In this document: one piece after another, positions 46,300 to 61,440 of the stretch
Layout of the letters: each line of letters opens with the position of its first letter
How positions within the stretch are numbered: position 1 is the stretch's first letter
Source: the human T2T-CHM13v2.0 reference genome, Homo sapiens
Reading direction: 5' to 3' (one strand)
DNA: 64,000 nt
NCBI RefSeq assembly: GCF_009914755.1
Contig: NC_060929.1
Translations under genes and position numbers: made by a program
Notes under the pieces: model-generated
What the model saw: only the letters and a program-made list of their open reading frames with translations
What the model was told of the DNA's origin: nothing
Database searches by the model: none

Positions 46300-47099
46300 C
46301 TATGTAATCAAGAATGCTGTATCATAATCAAAGTTCCCACTTTTTAGATACTGGGGAATATCAATTCTATCCTGGTGAATTAATCTTGGCATCTTGGCTC
46401 TGAGTTCTGTTTCTTTACCGACCTTAACTGAAATTCTCTGGGTTTACCCCACCAAAGCTTCTAAGTCATTTACAGCAACTTCCCCGCAAAGAAAACATGA
46501 CTGACTTTATGGCAGTATGAGGCGTGAAGGAAGATTGGGGACAGTGTTTCAACTTACACATCACAACTTTCACAGTGGTCTTCATCCTGTGATGGTGTCC
46601 AGCTTGGCATGTCACTACCAGGGCATTTTGGGATTTCAGTGTCTCCACCCCATCCCATTGTTCTTCTCAGATGGCCTCAAGGGACTTTGTAGCAGGGGTG
46701 GAGTAGGTAGAGGGAATCAATTCAGATGCTCATTGTTTGAAGAGGGGTGATTCACAAGGAAGTCTTTCTAACCCCACGGCCCTCTCTATAGATCTGAATG
46801 GTGGGAACCTGGGAGGCAATGAGTTGTAGCAAGGAAATGTGATTGGTGCTGGGAAGAGCAAGTGAAGCTGGAGAGAGGCTGTTAGAAATGACCAGCAGCC
46901 AGTTCCCCCAAGGCTAAGGCAGCCAGTGCAGACTCTTGGTCGTCTAGAATATGGAAGGTCCTGAACCACAGCAATGAAAGGGTAGAAATCAAGTAGCAGA
47001 AAAGACCCCATAGTCTAGTGTGAGGACAGGAGGCTAGAACACAAACCAGAAATATGGTGGACCACAGCAGAGACTCACCAAATTAAGAGGTGATTCTGT

Positions 47100-47225
47100 T
47101 AATAGTTAAGAGCTCTGACTTTAGAGTTTGAATCCAGGCTCCGCCCTGTATGAGCTGAGTGACCGACATACGATTCCTCACCTGTAAAATGGACTAATCC
47201 ATCACTCATAGGTGGCTGTGAATTG
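47100..47225 (+). mobile_element. MIR fragment
   Basis: GTTTGAATCCAGGCTC...CCTCACCTGTAAAATGG...CTCATAGGTGGCTGTG. Confidence 0.7.
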
Positions 47226-50200
47226 TGAAGTCTGTTCTACCATCGTAACAAAAACTGGAAACAGATGATGAGCCTGAACACAGGTCAAAAGCCCTCGGCA
47301 GGCCCCTCTCACACAGAAGCAGATCAGCTCATTGTTAAGGGCATATTTTGAGAAGTATAATAATTTGGGGAGAGAGGAGATCCCCAGGCTACATTCAGTA
47401 CTCTTGAAAAAATATTCTCCATCTGAACAGAGGTTTGTTCAGCTGAGATCTTAAATGATTTAACCAATTCTTAAATATTTCTAAGGCCTATGATAAACCC
47501 CAATTAATCTTGTCTGCATCCCACTTTGTTCCCTATGAAGCCTCCCCACAAGGTATGATGGGGATGTTAATAGTCTTCTCCCTCCAGGTCCTAAGGTGCC
47601 ACTCTGGTGTACCCTCCATGGGCCTTCTGTACAATCTCCCCCAGCCCGGCACGCAAAGGCACTTTGGGTGTGCTGTAGCCTCTGCCCTAAAGCTCTGAGT
47701 GTAGGCCTGAGGTGAGGCAGCATTAGCTGCTCTTCCCTTTAAAAGACCAAAGTGTTCATATTTTTTGTTCCAATTCAACATTAACTGCACATTGCACTTG
47801 TATTATATGTGCACTTTAATATATTAGGGACAGAAGACAAAGCATGGAGTTTGCTGTCACATACCAGCTCTGCCACCTTGTGTCAGGCTCTGCCTAGTTT
47901 GTAAGGCACAAAAAATACCTTAATTTGGCTGTCTTGGGTTCTCTGGGGAAGCAGGCAGGTTTTACATCACTTAATACAATCCTTATTTTTGATAGCAATC
48001 AGGCTCCTTTCCACAGCGTGCTGAGCCCAGCCAGGAGCATTAATTGCCCTGAGGCGCTCCCTTTTCTAATGGCTCAGGTGTGACTGCTGAGGGGCTTCAG
48101 GCCATCTTCAAATCTTGTGGCTGCTCCTGGCTCAGTTTGTGAATAAGTAAAGCAGGGAGACTCTTGCTGTTGTTTAAGTCACATAAGAGTGCCATGCTTG
48201 TGAGCCTGTGGAAAGCTTCAGCTTGAATATTTATAAGCCCACAGGAAAGTCCATGTGACAGAGTAATACAAAGCGGGTGAGGTATATCTGCCCTGTGGGT
48301 GTGAAGTGTGCCAACCACACGCTGCAACCTGGGCAGCCAGCCCCGACAAGCACAAGAGCGCCTTAACCCAGGGCTCCGTGGGGCAGTGGAGGAAGTCACC
48401 ACTGTCCACTCTGCCCTGACTGGCGGGCCTCTGCTCCCAGTGCCCATCACAGTTATCATTAACATAGCCGAGGCCATGGAATAGGGTTTGAATCCAGGCT
48501 CTGCCCTCTATGATCCCTCACCTGTAAAATGGACTAATGTCTAAGAGAAAACTGGGCCTTCAGGTAAGCAAAAATAAATTTTTTTAAAAAATCTTATTTA
48601 TCATTTCTTTGGGTATGTAGATAAAGCCTCTTCTACCAAAGGAATCCCAGCAAGATCAGTGACTTGGGTGTCCCTCTGTGGTGAATGCCACACGTAGTCC
48701 TCCCCTCACGAGGTCCACAGTGGGAAGCAAAGCTACCTGTCTGAGCCCAGCCTGGCCCTGGTTCTCCACTGCTCTCAGGCTGAAGCAGCTTCAGAGCAGC
48801 CTGGGCAGGAGTTCCTGGGCCCTGACAAGCATCCCTCAGGCACAGACTTCATCCTAGCAGTCACAAGAAACTGTCAGTAGTTGATAATGTTTACCTACAA
48901 GAATTGTCATTTCATACGACTCAACCTACCATTTGATGATTATCCATCTCCATCCTTGACTTTATGCTCCATGAGGGCAGGGATTTTTGTGTATTTAGTT
49001 TACTGCTCTAATGCCTGTGCTTAGAATGATGCTGGGCACACAGCAGGACCTTAATAAAAATTTACTGACAGTGCAGTTTGCTTTGTAATAAAATATTTCT
49101 AAACCATAGTGCCCATGGAGGAAATCAGTAAAATAACTGAGATACCAGTCAATAAGAATGAAATGTGTCAGCAAGAAAGAAAATAGAGACCCTTGGGTGA
49201 TTGATGTATCCTGTTCTAGGCCGGTGAGCCCTGGGTTTTAAAAGCAATCTTGTGCCCTGAATTCCAAATGGGCTTGATACTAATAAAACAATTAAAATCA
49301 ATAACTTCTTCAATGGGCATATGAGACAAAGGCAAGAGAATACAGTAACAGATACGAAGTTTGCTGGAGACTTGGAATGGTTTTTCTGATACTCAATTTG
49401 GAGTACACTCAGGGACTATCAGCTTGGTCATAGGTTACGTCCAGAGGCCAAATGGAAGGTAAAGGATGCTTTGGACTGGGTTTCACATGACGGCTGAGCC
49501 AGAAAATGGTCTGTCTGCTCTCCCTTTGCAGCTATTAAAAAAGCAGTTCCTGAAGTGAGGCCACCCTCTCTGGTAGTCTCTGGGGCCCTGCCATCACCTT
49601 GCCTCACTGCACTGTTGTTTTGGGGGTGTGTTTGTGTGTTGTGAAGGGCAATGGAAGAAGGAAGGGACTAGGGCTGTGGGCATTTATTTTCTTCTGCCTG
49701 GCATCTCTACCTGATTCATGACTGGGTCGCAGCAAGCCCAGCTGGGAGGAAGAAGAAATGGGGGGGAGAATGACACTGGCCAGCCACCAAAGACAACGCA
49801 GCCACCATGGAAAGAAGCCATAGGTCACCTGGAGGGCTGCTCACCTCTGCGATGGCTCAACTTGACAGAATGGTGCCCTAGAAGGTAACAATTTTCATAA
49901 CCTTAAAAGACTCCAACATCCTCATCCCCGTGTTCTAACAGCCTCATTGTACCAAGGAGGTTAGAAGACGTTAGCATCTGCTGGCAATGGGGGGATCACA
50001 TGATTCAACCTTATCTGTAGAGGAAAAAAACAAATGAAAAGCTGATGGTCAGTCACTTGGACTGCCCAACAGGTGCCACCTCCAGCTGGAGACAGAGCCT
50101 TGACAACCTCACCGATGGTCATGGTATTGTATTGGGATAGCTGGTGCTCGCCCTCCCAATCAGCTGGGCACCAGCCATCCCAGCGCAGCACCTGCCACAC

Positions 50201-52239
50201 CCCACTGCCATTTTCATATTTTCCTCACAGAAGTTTTATCTACCCGTGCAAGAATCTTCAGAGTTTCTTTGGGGAATCTAAATACGTGGTTTGCATTTAA
50301 CAGAAATAATCAGACTGGGCTCTGTGAGGGCAGAGGCTACACAGAGGAACACAGTTTTATCACTGTGTTCCCAATGCAAACGTAGGAAACACACCAGGAA
50401 AAGCCAAGTCACAGTCCTGATTTCCTAGCAACATTTTGCACTGAGTGTGATCAGACCAGTCACAAATTTATGTCTTAGGTAAATTTTTAAAATACTGCCC
50501 TGGAATCAAATAATGGGATATCAAATACTTTTAATCAAATCCCTTAGGTGGGAAGAAAAGCATTTCCATAGTCCTGCCAGTCCCCCAGTTTGGGGAAGGC
50601 TAGATGTTGCTGCATACAGTGAGTATTTCACTCGGTCTGAAGGTGACCATGTCAGTCTCACAGTGAGGGATGCTAGGAATGGAGGAGCCAACTCTGAACC
50701 ACAGCATTTCAGTTTGTGAAGAAGTGGGATAAGGCTCCATGGTTATTTCACAGCCTTTCCCTGACCACCCCACCCTCTCCACATCAGTCATGATTACTAC
50801 CCTCCTTCACCACCTGCTGGCCAATGGATGGGACTCAAGGTTTCTTGTCTTTGTGGGTCACCAACCATTTGTACAGAAAAAGGCCTTTGTTCCTGCCTGA
50901 AAAGGGAGCACTACAGGCTGGCTCTTGTTCCACAGAGTAACTGTCTGAAGAAGTGAGTCTTTAGACACCACACTCCCACTTCCCCGTCACACAGGCTTCC
51001 AGACTAAATATTAAAGACTAGACCTCAGCTTGCAAAGGAAATTCTAAGAACAGAAACAAAAGAAGGTCACCTGTTACCACTACCAGCAATCTGTGGAGAG
51101 GCCACCACTGAGAGGGCCAACACTCAGCACCTTTACTAAGTCGAAATCAAACAGCTTATTCCACAGCTATGAAATATCGGAACGTCTCTGGAGAGAGTTC
51201 ACAGCAGACAATTGACAGCAGATGTAAAGTACCTCTGATCAACGTGGGCCCCACTTGGGAAGTTCCCAAGCGTGTCCACGGAGTGCATGCCATATGCTTG
51301 CCTTCACAGACCATTTATGGATGGCCATGGCTGGGTTATAGGAGTGGGATGCTGTAGGGTTTCAGAGGCTGGTGATAGTCAACAATCTGGTCACACTACA
51401 CACATCACCATTCCTCGAACAGGGGCCTGTTATTCACAGTGACCCCCTTGGACGCTCACGCATCTGGGCATTCTCTCCCTCATTCCAATGCAAATGTTGC
51501 CTCCCCGGGAAATGTTTGTCACCACTTCCTGCCACAGGGTTATTCTCGTTGTGTTCCCACCTCCAACGTACATCCCTCTTGAGCTCTTTCTCACTTTTAA
51601 AAATTTATTCAATAGCTGTTTACTGAGGGCATTACTCTCAACCCTGATGATACAACAGTATCCTAGTGGGACTCAGCCTCTTGAAGCAGAAAAGCTTTGG
51701 TATCTCCCACACCCAGCACACTTCGTGACACTTTTTAGGAACTTGGTTATAGGTTAATTAGAATCGATACGAATTCTAATGAGACATTGCAACTTTGCCT
51801 TAACATTCACTGATAAACCTGCTAGGTGTGTCACACAACTAGGTCAAGAGTTCATATTCTGTCTGTCTTTGAAATAGCTGGCCATTGGCCCTTTTAGGAA
51901 CATAGCAGCCCATCTAACTATTAAACATCAATTTCTCTTATAACATTTTTCTGAAAAAATAAAAAACAAATCCCTCTAGTGTTTTGTGTTGGTCTGCCCT
52001 GTGACTCAGAGGGCTGTGGATCTAGCTAAGTCTGAGCCCCAGCCCTTGTTGACCCAGCACAGCTCACTACAGCATAATGCCCAAGGGCTGCCCTGCCACT
52101 AAGTTGCTTCCTGTGTTCCATCTGACACAGCTTAGACAGCATTCCAGGCTTTTCAGTGGGGACAGCTTCACAAAGTACTGATGGTACTAGAATAAAGGAA
52201 AACTCTGACAGGACAGTTATTCTCATATGAATTTAAGAT

Positions 52240-53084
52240 CATCAGCCAGTGCTCTGCCTCCAGATGGGAAGCCTCACTGGCTTTTCCTTCTTGGTGTTCT
52301 TTGCTGCTCCCCCTTTACCTTTCCAGTCTAAACACAAGGGTGCCCAGGGCTCACTCCTTGGTCCTCCTCCCTATCTATATTCCCCTCCTGATCACAGCTG
52401 GCCCCATGGCTTTAAGTACTACCCCAAGCTGAGTTTTCATTTCCAGTTTTGAACTCCAGATGTGCATATCCAGCTGTCTACTTGGCCTCTAGCAAGGCAC
52501 TTGAAAATTATGTCCAAACCAGGACTCTTGATTTCCATTCCCCACTCAAAACCTGTTCTTCACCTTGTCCACCTGATCTCAACAAATGGGAGTTCAATTC
52601 TTAGACATGTGCAGGCCAGAGACCTTGCTATCATCTTTGACTCCTTTCTCAGAAATCCCAATTTACTCTATCGGCAAAGCCTGTGGGCCTTCATTCTAGC
52701 TGTTCCCTTTGCCTGGAATGTTTTCTCCTGATACCCACATGGCTAACTCCTCTATCTCCTTTAAGGCTGTGGTTAAATCTCTTCTTTTCAATAAATCCTA
52801 CCCTAACTATCTTCAACATTCCCTCTCACTATTCCAGCATACCCCGGCCTCTCTCACCCGGGCTACACCTTCTCCTGGCTCCTCTACCCTACTGCACACT
52901 ACCTTTTAACATACTATATAGTTTACTTATCTTATTTATTGTCTACCCCCGCCAGCTTGAATGTAAACTCCATGAGGACAGGGAACTTTATGCAGTTTGT
53001 TCTTTGTGTCCCAACTGCCTAGAACAAGGTCTGACATGTAACAGGTGCTTAGTAAATATTCACTGATTTGAATGGATGAATGAA
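52240..53084 (+). mobile_element. L2 LINE 3' portion
   Basis: GAATGTAAACTCCATGAGGACAGGGA...GTAAATATTCACTGATTTGAATGGATGAATGAA. Confidence 0.8.
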
Positions 53085-54774
53085 AAGATAAGGTGATGTG
53101 ATTATATTACATTTTTAAACAAAGCCATTGTAGAAAGTTCTTGACAAGTTTTTGAAATGGTTGGAGGAAAAGCTTCAGTTTGCAATTCTGGCCAACAGAA
53201 CGCCAGCTACACAGTTACTACTGAAACACATGTGCAGACCAAACCACAGGACTGGTCTTTTGCATAACTGCCTGCACTGAAAACCTTCCTGGCTACAGAA
53301 AATACCTGGTTGTTAGGAAATCACACAGAAAAAAGTAGTCAGTTGATTAAATGTAATACACTTTCAGGTATCTAGACACCAGCCTGAGTCTAGGCTCAGA
53401 TCTCTGAAATTGTTTCCAGCTTGGCCTGGCTGCAGCAAGGACAGCTGCCAAGACAGGCCGCGGCTGACCTGTGAGAGCTGGCCAGGCACTGGCCAGGAGA
53501 GGAGCAGCACGCGGGAGAAGGACGGGAAAGGACAGGTGAGAGAAGACAAAGGATACGTGGGGGAATGAGGTGAGCCACGACCACTTGTGAAAGAGGCAGG
53601 GTGGTAAATATTAGCAGTGTGAGCCTGGAGAACGGAAAACACCACTGCGAAGGTACCAGCACTATGGGCAGAGGATGCAGAACTGTTCTGCAGCCCAGGA
53701 AAACGCCCACTCCTCTTGGCAGCATCGCAGATCAACCTCTCAGGGTGGGGGTGTGTTTTTCTGTTTCCAGTAGATGTTTAGAAGTCAGGCCATCTGTCTC
53801 AGTCAAGTGTACAACAACTGGTGACTGAGTAATAAGCAGCATCTCTGTGTGTGGTTAATGCTCATCTGTGTGCTTCCCTCTGTTTTCTACGTTTTTAATC
53901 TTTCCCCAAGTCATCTTCCATGCTGATAGTCAGAAGTCATTCTGGCAGCCCCTAGCAGCTATTTGTAGGCCACCAACTGTTGCTAGGTGGAGATATTTTC
54001 TCTTTTACAATATCCTAAGGCAAACTGTCAGACAGTCTGAAGACTGTGCTTTGAGGAGGGCACATGTATCAGACCACATCCAGTTCCCTCGCCACTGAAT
54101 TTGCCATTAAGATATTCTCTTCCCAAAGACCACAGTGTGAACCTGCAGACTTCCCATGTGCAGGGACTCTGGAGACACTCTGCAGTACTGATCCTTACTC
54201 ACCAAGACAAGAGACACCCTACTTCAGAAGAAAGAGACATACATGATACAATTTAGAATGAATGTCTTGGGTAAAAATAATAAAAAGTGGATAACCATCT
54301 ATCTGGAAAACTATCCTGTAAAAAACAGAAGTCTTACTGTGACATAGATGCACTTGTCCCATTATAAAACAGCACTGGTTCCAAGACAGACTGGAGGCCT
54401 GAACTGCGATTCCACTGGAAACGTGTTGATAGTGGTAAAGAGTGTTCCTATTCCTCAGTTTCTATGTCTCCAGCCCTATCCCCATCTACACTCAGTGCCT
54501 CTTATGCAGTCCTCTACACATAATGGCAGTGTTGACCAGCTTCACATGCCATTTCTGATGCCCATTTCCTTTCCAAGCATCACTTCTTTGGAAGAACCTT
54601 CTGGAAAGGTCTTCTATAGTAAAAATGATAGACTCTAAAGATGAAATGGAGATGAAACTATAAACACCCTCCCCCAAATTTATAATATACATTCACAATG
54701 GATACTTTAGTTGGAAGTTTGTAAAGATGATTAGAACCCTTTAATAATCATGAAGATAACTTACACTAACAATG

Positions 54775-55015
54775 GGAGCATTTCATGCTTGTTGAGCACT
54801 CTGTGCTAGGCACTGGTTAAGCACTTTAAATATAACTCATGCAGTCCTGATAGCAATCCTATGAGGCTGATACTATTAATATCATTTGACATATGAGGAA
54901 ACTGAGGCACGGAAGGGCTAAGTAGGGTTACACAGTTAATCAACGGCAGGACAGGGACTCAAATTAGAGAATCTGGCTCCAGAGTCCACTTCCTGAGCCT
55001 TATCCTAGACTGCTG
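54775..55015 (-). mobile_element. MIR
   Basis: ATGAGGAAACTGAGGCACGGA core. Confidence 0.78.
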
Positions 55016-57055
55016 TTTTACTGCAGACCAGAGACTAACTTCCAAGACAAAAACATTTGTCCAGCTGAAGAGGAGAGACTGATATGCATTCAAAAGCTTG
55101 CTTAGTTATATCTACAAGGATTAGAGAGCAGGTGATAAGGAACTGTTATCAAGTGAGAAACCACAGGAGTGCCGTGAGGGGTTATGGAGAGTGGAAGACT
55201 GCACCAAAATAAAGGTAGCCTATTGTCAAGCAGGTTGACTTGCTAATCCTATTGCAAAACAACAGCAAGATAAAGAAATTCCATCTCCACTCTCTTCCAT
55301 TTGATCTGAGTGTCACCAACCTTACTGAAGCATTAGATGCCACTTTGGAATGGCTGCCCTTGGTCCGACCAACTTCTAGAAAGAAGCCTAATGAACAGGT
55401 CAGAACAATTTAAGGCTCACTATGATGTGAACCTTGTACAGAATGTGGAACACCTGTGAGAGCAGAAAACTGCAAACAGCACCAAACCCACTGGACCAGA
55501 AGGAAAAAAAAAAAAAGAGCAGTATAATCAACTGACGACTTAGTTTTTGCTCAGATCTTCTATGCTTGGGAACCATTTGAAATTACAGATCCATCCAGAA
55601 AAATAATGCCATCCACAAAATCACCCATAAAAAAACACATCCAAGAAAGCCATCTGTAGCCAATTAGACAAAATTGGGCAATGAGCATCTCAGTCCCAAA
55701 TCTCTCCTCCAATAGGTCAGGCCACTGTTCAGCCATCTCACCTCCCAAGCAGCCTTTCTCAATTCATAGAGCTAGATGATCTTTGTCTTTCCTGATTGCC
55801 TCCTACCCCTGAATCCTTGCACCACTATCCGTGATCCAGTGGGTGTTAGTTAAACCCATGTCATTGAGGGATCTGCTTATTCCTATGTCTGCATGCAGGG
55901 GAAGCTGCTCATAATCTCAGGCATCTGGCTCTCGTGAAATCTTGCTTAGAACAACTGTAAACACCGAGGGTTGGGGGGAGGCAAGATCTCTTCCTTCCAC
56001 CCAGGAAGAGTTCTGGTTCTGTACCCTACAAGCCCAAATGAAATTAGCAAAGGTATTCAATCCTGCTTGTCTTCCCCAGATGCCAGATGGGCTGCTATCT
56101 TCAGTACCAAAACTTCAGTTAGCCACTCAGAGTCTGAATAAATAAAAGTAATATAACAAAGTAGGAGTTATAACATGAATCAAGAATTTTTGCCCAATAA
56201 TGATCACTTTTGGTTAATCTATACCTTTGCCCATTAAGGTTCTCCAATGAAAACTTTTTCAAAGTCCAAGCAGAATTTGGTTTCAGTGATGACCAGTTCT
56301 GAAGTGATTCTTCAGATGATGGCTCATCAGTTACTTATGCCATAACTGTCTAGGAGGGCCGGGTCTATATCAGAATTGAGACTTAATGGCATTCGTTAAA
56401 TTCCAACACCTATAAATTTACAGCTGGGGCTAGAAGAGACTAATCAGTGGTTCCACAGATATGTGCCTGTCAGCGAACATACATTTACTGAGCATCTACT
56501 ATGTACGTAGTGGGTTCCATTCTGAACACTAGAGGTATAACTGAAAAGACACGTCACACCCTTGTGGGACTTCCTTATATTCTAAAACAGTGGTTCCTAC
56601 ACTTTCTGGACTTTACAGTCCAGAAAGATTGTTGGGAGGGCAACATTTTTTATTTTGCTAATAAAGACACTGAAAATAGCCTTTATTATCTCCTCTCATC
56701 ATTTCATAAAAGAATATTTTAATACAAGAAGGGTGAAGGATGTAATTGGAAAATAAATGACATTTCTTTGAAGTGAATACATCGGCTTGATGAAATGTTA
56801 CCACACTTACTAAACTTCCTTGATTTTGCCGTGAAATGGGAGAAGCCTTAGCACAGAGTGGACCAGCACTCGTTCAAAGGAAGCAACTTCTGGCGGAGGG
56901 CCCTTCTGCGGGGTAAGAGATGGGGGAGTGTAGAGGGTACCTGCGTTAAGATGCGGACCCCTTTCTAAGAAGCCTATTTATTTACTGTGCAAGTATCAAG
57001 ATACATGGTAAGGAGGCTCTGAGTCTCTTTGGAGTCTAGGTCCAAACTTAAGTTA

Positions 57056-57196
57056 GAAGAGATGAGGTCTCACTGTGTTGTCGAGGCTAGCATGCAGTTG
57101 CTATTCACAGACGTGATCATATTGCACTACAGTCCCAAACTCAAGTGATCCTCCTGCCCGTGTAGCTGGGACCACAGGCATGAGCCTACATGGCTT
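57056..57196 (-). mobile_element. FAM (fossil Alu monomer, 7SL-derived)
   Basis: Retains the 7SL-derived GCTATTCACAG segment that dimeric Alus lack. Confidence 0.7.
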
Positions 57197-58895
57197 ACTC
57201 CATCTCATTTTAAAGTTTCAAGAGTTCGTGGACAAGCTAAACCAGGCTTAACGTCGACATTTAGTAACTCATTTAGCTCCAGGGGCCAGATCAGGAACTA
57301 GAAGTCAAAGGGTTTCCTGGCAATAAAAGAGTTTTTGTGAATGACTACAGCATCTTTGAGAGCAGGTATCTACATGTTATTTTAGTACATGATCAATAAT
57401 TTTAGAAGCTTTAACCAGTAAGATTTCAGAGACAAGCAAGAGAAAAAGGGAAGGAACTGGTTATTTTCAAGTGTCAATTAAAAAAAAAAGAAGCTTGCAT
57501 TAATGCTTTTGCTGTTTCCCCAGAGAAATCTAGTAAGATATCCATTTTCTACTAAAAATACTCCCATGATATTATAGTTGGCAAGAAAAACACTCTCCAG
57601 GGTGGAGACAAGATGACAGATGAACATAAATAGCATTCTTTAGAAGACAATCAGAGCATAGTTGTCATAAAAAGATCTTACAACCAAGGTCCCCAAAGGA
57701 AGTTTCTGTTATAATTACTTGAAATTAATGGCCATCAGTTAAAAATTGTCTGATGCCCTTAGGATATGTGGAGAAACAATCTAGAAGAAAGATGCAGTTT
57801 CTCCATTGTTGAAGCCTCCCTCTTTCTCAGCAGTAATTCCTGTTTAAAAGCAAATTACTTCTGCTAGCAGTTTTTAAAGCCTTAACTCTAGAACGTTGAA
57901 ATACATCTCAACAGACTAACCTAGCCAGATGATTCCTTCCCATCAGTTAGTGATGAAGCCTTACTTCACATTCGGGGTGAGAAGCTGTTTGTTAACTGGC
58001 TTACATGCAACTGAAAGAACTTTATGAAATACGTTCTCCATAAGTTATTCATCAGACAGGCAGGATCACGAAAGACAGAGCTCCTGCTTGACTATAACCA
58101 AAATACATTGATAATTCAAAGTAAGTTACCAAAATAAACTGCAAAATGTAATGTGTAACAAGGTAAAAGGCACTTTTAAAAAACATAGTTACTAAGCTAT
58201 GGAATTTCTAGGACAAGTAAATTTCTTGCCTGCTGAGGTCTTTGGGTGCAGATAATGTTAAATAATTCCTACTACAGCAAACCAGGTGCTGTCTTTTCAA
58301 CACTACGTCCCTGAACGTGGCCTCTGTCACTCTGAACACACAGCCACTCTGCATTTTGAGTTGAAATTACTTAAGAGTTGTGGACACGTATTTGTACTGA
58401 TTCTTAAAGCATTTTAATATTGGCTTCATTTTCTCCGCATGTGTAGTTTTAGATTTAATATGTAATGGTGGCTGTCTTTAAAAGAAAAAAGTTGCTGGCC
58501 ATTTAATAAAGCTACTGGGAAGACCATCTACAATAAATGAGCTCATAAATGTGGCTGACCGCGCTGTAGGACAGTTCTTCATAGAAGATGCAGATTATTT
58601 TTGAAGTGGCTTTATAGCTTAAAAGAATACCACCTTTGCATTAAGCCCCTACAACAGAGTGCCAGAACTGCTCATGTAAATATTCAGGGCCATGCTTAAA
58701 TGATTATTTGTTAATGTAATTTGAATATAGATCATCCATGGCTCTGTGATAATTTATGTCGACAATTAAGTAGTTGCCATGGCAAACCACTTTTGCATTT
58801 TATTTGCATATCAATTGCTATATCAGAATTTTAAGAGAGTTTGCCATTTTCTTCCAGACTTTCCAACTCATTCTTTAAAAACAGGTCCCCGTCTT

Positions 58896-59200
<305 letters not shown>

Positions 59201-61254
59201 ACAGGTCCCCATCTCTAGAGATACTAAATTAATACCTGCTTGGTCCACTTGCTTTTCAGCAGTCATTTTTTTATTTATGATATGGTTGAATTCTTCATTC
59301 CCTTTATATATTATTTATTTTATATTTCTTTTGCTTCTCTATGGTACAGTTTGTGAAATGATGACTCTCTAATACAGCCTGGAAGCAGAACTCAGCAAGT
59401 TGTAGACCTGCGTCTACAGGTCTCTGCACATAGTAGGCATCCAATACAAGTGCCTAGGACTGAAATTGAATTCTGACCTACCTTCTCATAACATGTCTGC
59501 ATTTTTTTTACTTTTTACCAAGGGACTACTAAAGGCTGATGAATTAGGAAATGTGTCCTATCAGTGGTATTTTAAAACTGATTCAGACACGGAACTGTTG
59601 GACCTGACTTCTGGTGGAGCATCATCTGTCTGGACAGCCAGAAACCAAGAGCCTCCCTTTGGCAGCCAGAAGTCCTCAGGGCCTTGTGCTCACCAGGAAC
59701 AAAAGGAAGGGCTGTTCCCTCTACTCTCCCCATGCCTCTTTGAGGGTGTTCTGAAGGTGGGCAACCAAGGTCACACCACCCCAGAGAAAGCCCGGTGACT
59801 TTTTCAGGAGAAAAATTCTGAGGCAGGGCTCCATGTATGCCAGGCATCTCCGTCCATCTCCCTATGCTTCCCAAGCCCCTGTTCTGATTTCTCTCCTCTC
59901 AGTGGCTGACCTTGTCTTTTGGGCCTGAGAGTGAATGAGTAGGGCATGAGATCAGTCATGGGGTTGGGCTATGGTCATAACCTTGATGCTTAAGGTGATT
60001 TTTTACCCTGTGTAAAAAGCAGTAAGAATACCAAATCCTGGAGAGTGATCAGCTGCATTTCGTATGCCCACCCATACTTCCATGCATCAGATTTATGACA
60101 AAAGCAATTATATAAGCAGCAAAGGCAAAACCCCCACGTGTCTGTCTCTGCTTTTCCTTTTATTGCTTTTTTTCATGTTGTCCTCTTTCACCCTCAATCA
60201 TTGCTCACTTCCAAGAAGGCTGAGCCTGCATACACCAGGCCCTTCACCGCCACTGCCAGCGCCATTCCCACGACCACACACCCTTCACCCCAGCCCTGCA
60301 GAGGCAGGGTTCAGCCCCAGGGCAATCTATCTGGTCAGACTGGTGGGGCAGCTTGCTAAGGCTGTCCTGCTGGACTGAGACCCATGCAGGCAGAGGGCTG
60401 GAGGGAGTAGGGTGTGAGAGCCAGCCCAGCATAAAGGGAAGACTGGAAGATAGCAGGCAGCTGGCCGGTGGCTCATGCTTATGGCAGTCCCTGTGGAATA
60501 GGCCCAGCCAGCACAAGTGAGCCAAATCCTGAGCTCAGTTTAATGGCTTCGGTCCCAAACCTGAGTCACTGGGGATTCCATGGACTTCTAAGAGAGCCCT
60601 ACACGCATTTCCAAAAACAAACTGCTTGATGTTGTCATGGAAAACCTGGATCTTTGCATTCTATGGTTTCACGATGGATTACATCCAGGTCACAACCTAA
60701 GGAAGACAGCTGGCAAAAAGCCAACCCTGCTGGCTGATCACCCGGCTTTTGTAATGAATCCCAGAGGGATGCAAACTGATGTGTGTTGCTGCCTCTGCCA
60801 AGTCCTTGGACAAGTTCTCACCTCATGAAGACTAATCAACCTGTGATTTACTCCGCCAGGAGAATCTCAGAAGCCACCTGCAATCAACACTCAACGGCTA
60901 GAAGCTGCCTCCAGAAAGAGAAGGAATGGAAAATGTGTGTGTCAGGGGAAGGGGAGGGGGAGGAAGGAGCTCTGTTTTCTTGTCAATTTGACTGCTCTCT
61001 CCTGCCTTTTAAAAAAATGGTCTGAGGACACCCCTGGTTACACCAAAGCCACAGGACTGCTGTGCACCCTGAGCTCCAACACAGGCAGGCTCTTAAGGAC
61101 AGGGAAGGCCCCTACACACTGTATTTGTGTTTGATTGGAACAGAGTAAGGTCAATTCTAAAAGCTACAAGATATCCCTGTTCCGTAGAATGCAACAAATC
61201 CGGGAAACAAATAATATACTAAAACTTGCCAAGAAAGCAGAAATACTTTGATAA

Positions 61255-61440
61255 TGATTCTATAGCTACCATTTATTATTTACTGTGTGTTAAGCACTAT
61301 GCTTAAGCCTTTCTCATATATTATCTAACTTAATCCTCAGAACAGTCCTGAGGTATAAACCTATTGTTATGCCCATTTTACAAGTGAGAAAACTATGGTT
61401 CAGAAAAGTGAGGCAAATTGGTCCGTGTTTCACAGGCACA
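61255..61440 (-). mobile_element. MIR
   Basis: TTAATCCTCAGAACA...CCCATTTTACAAGTGAGAAAACT. Confidence 0.75.
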
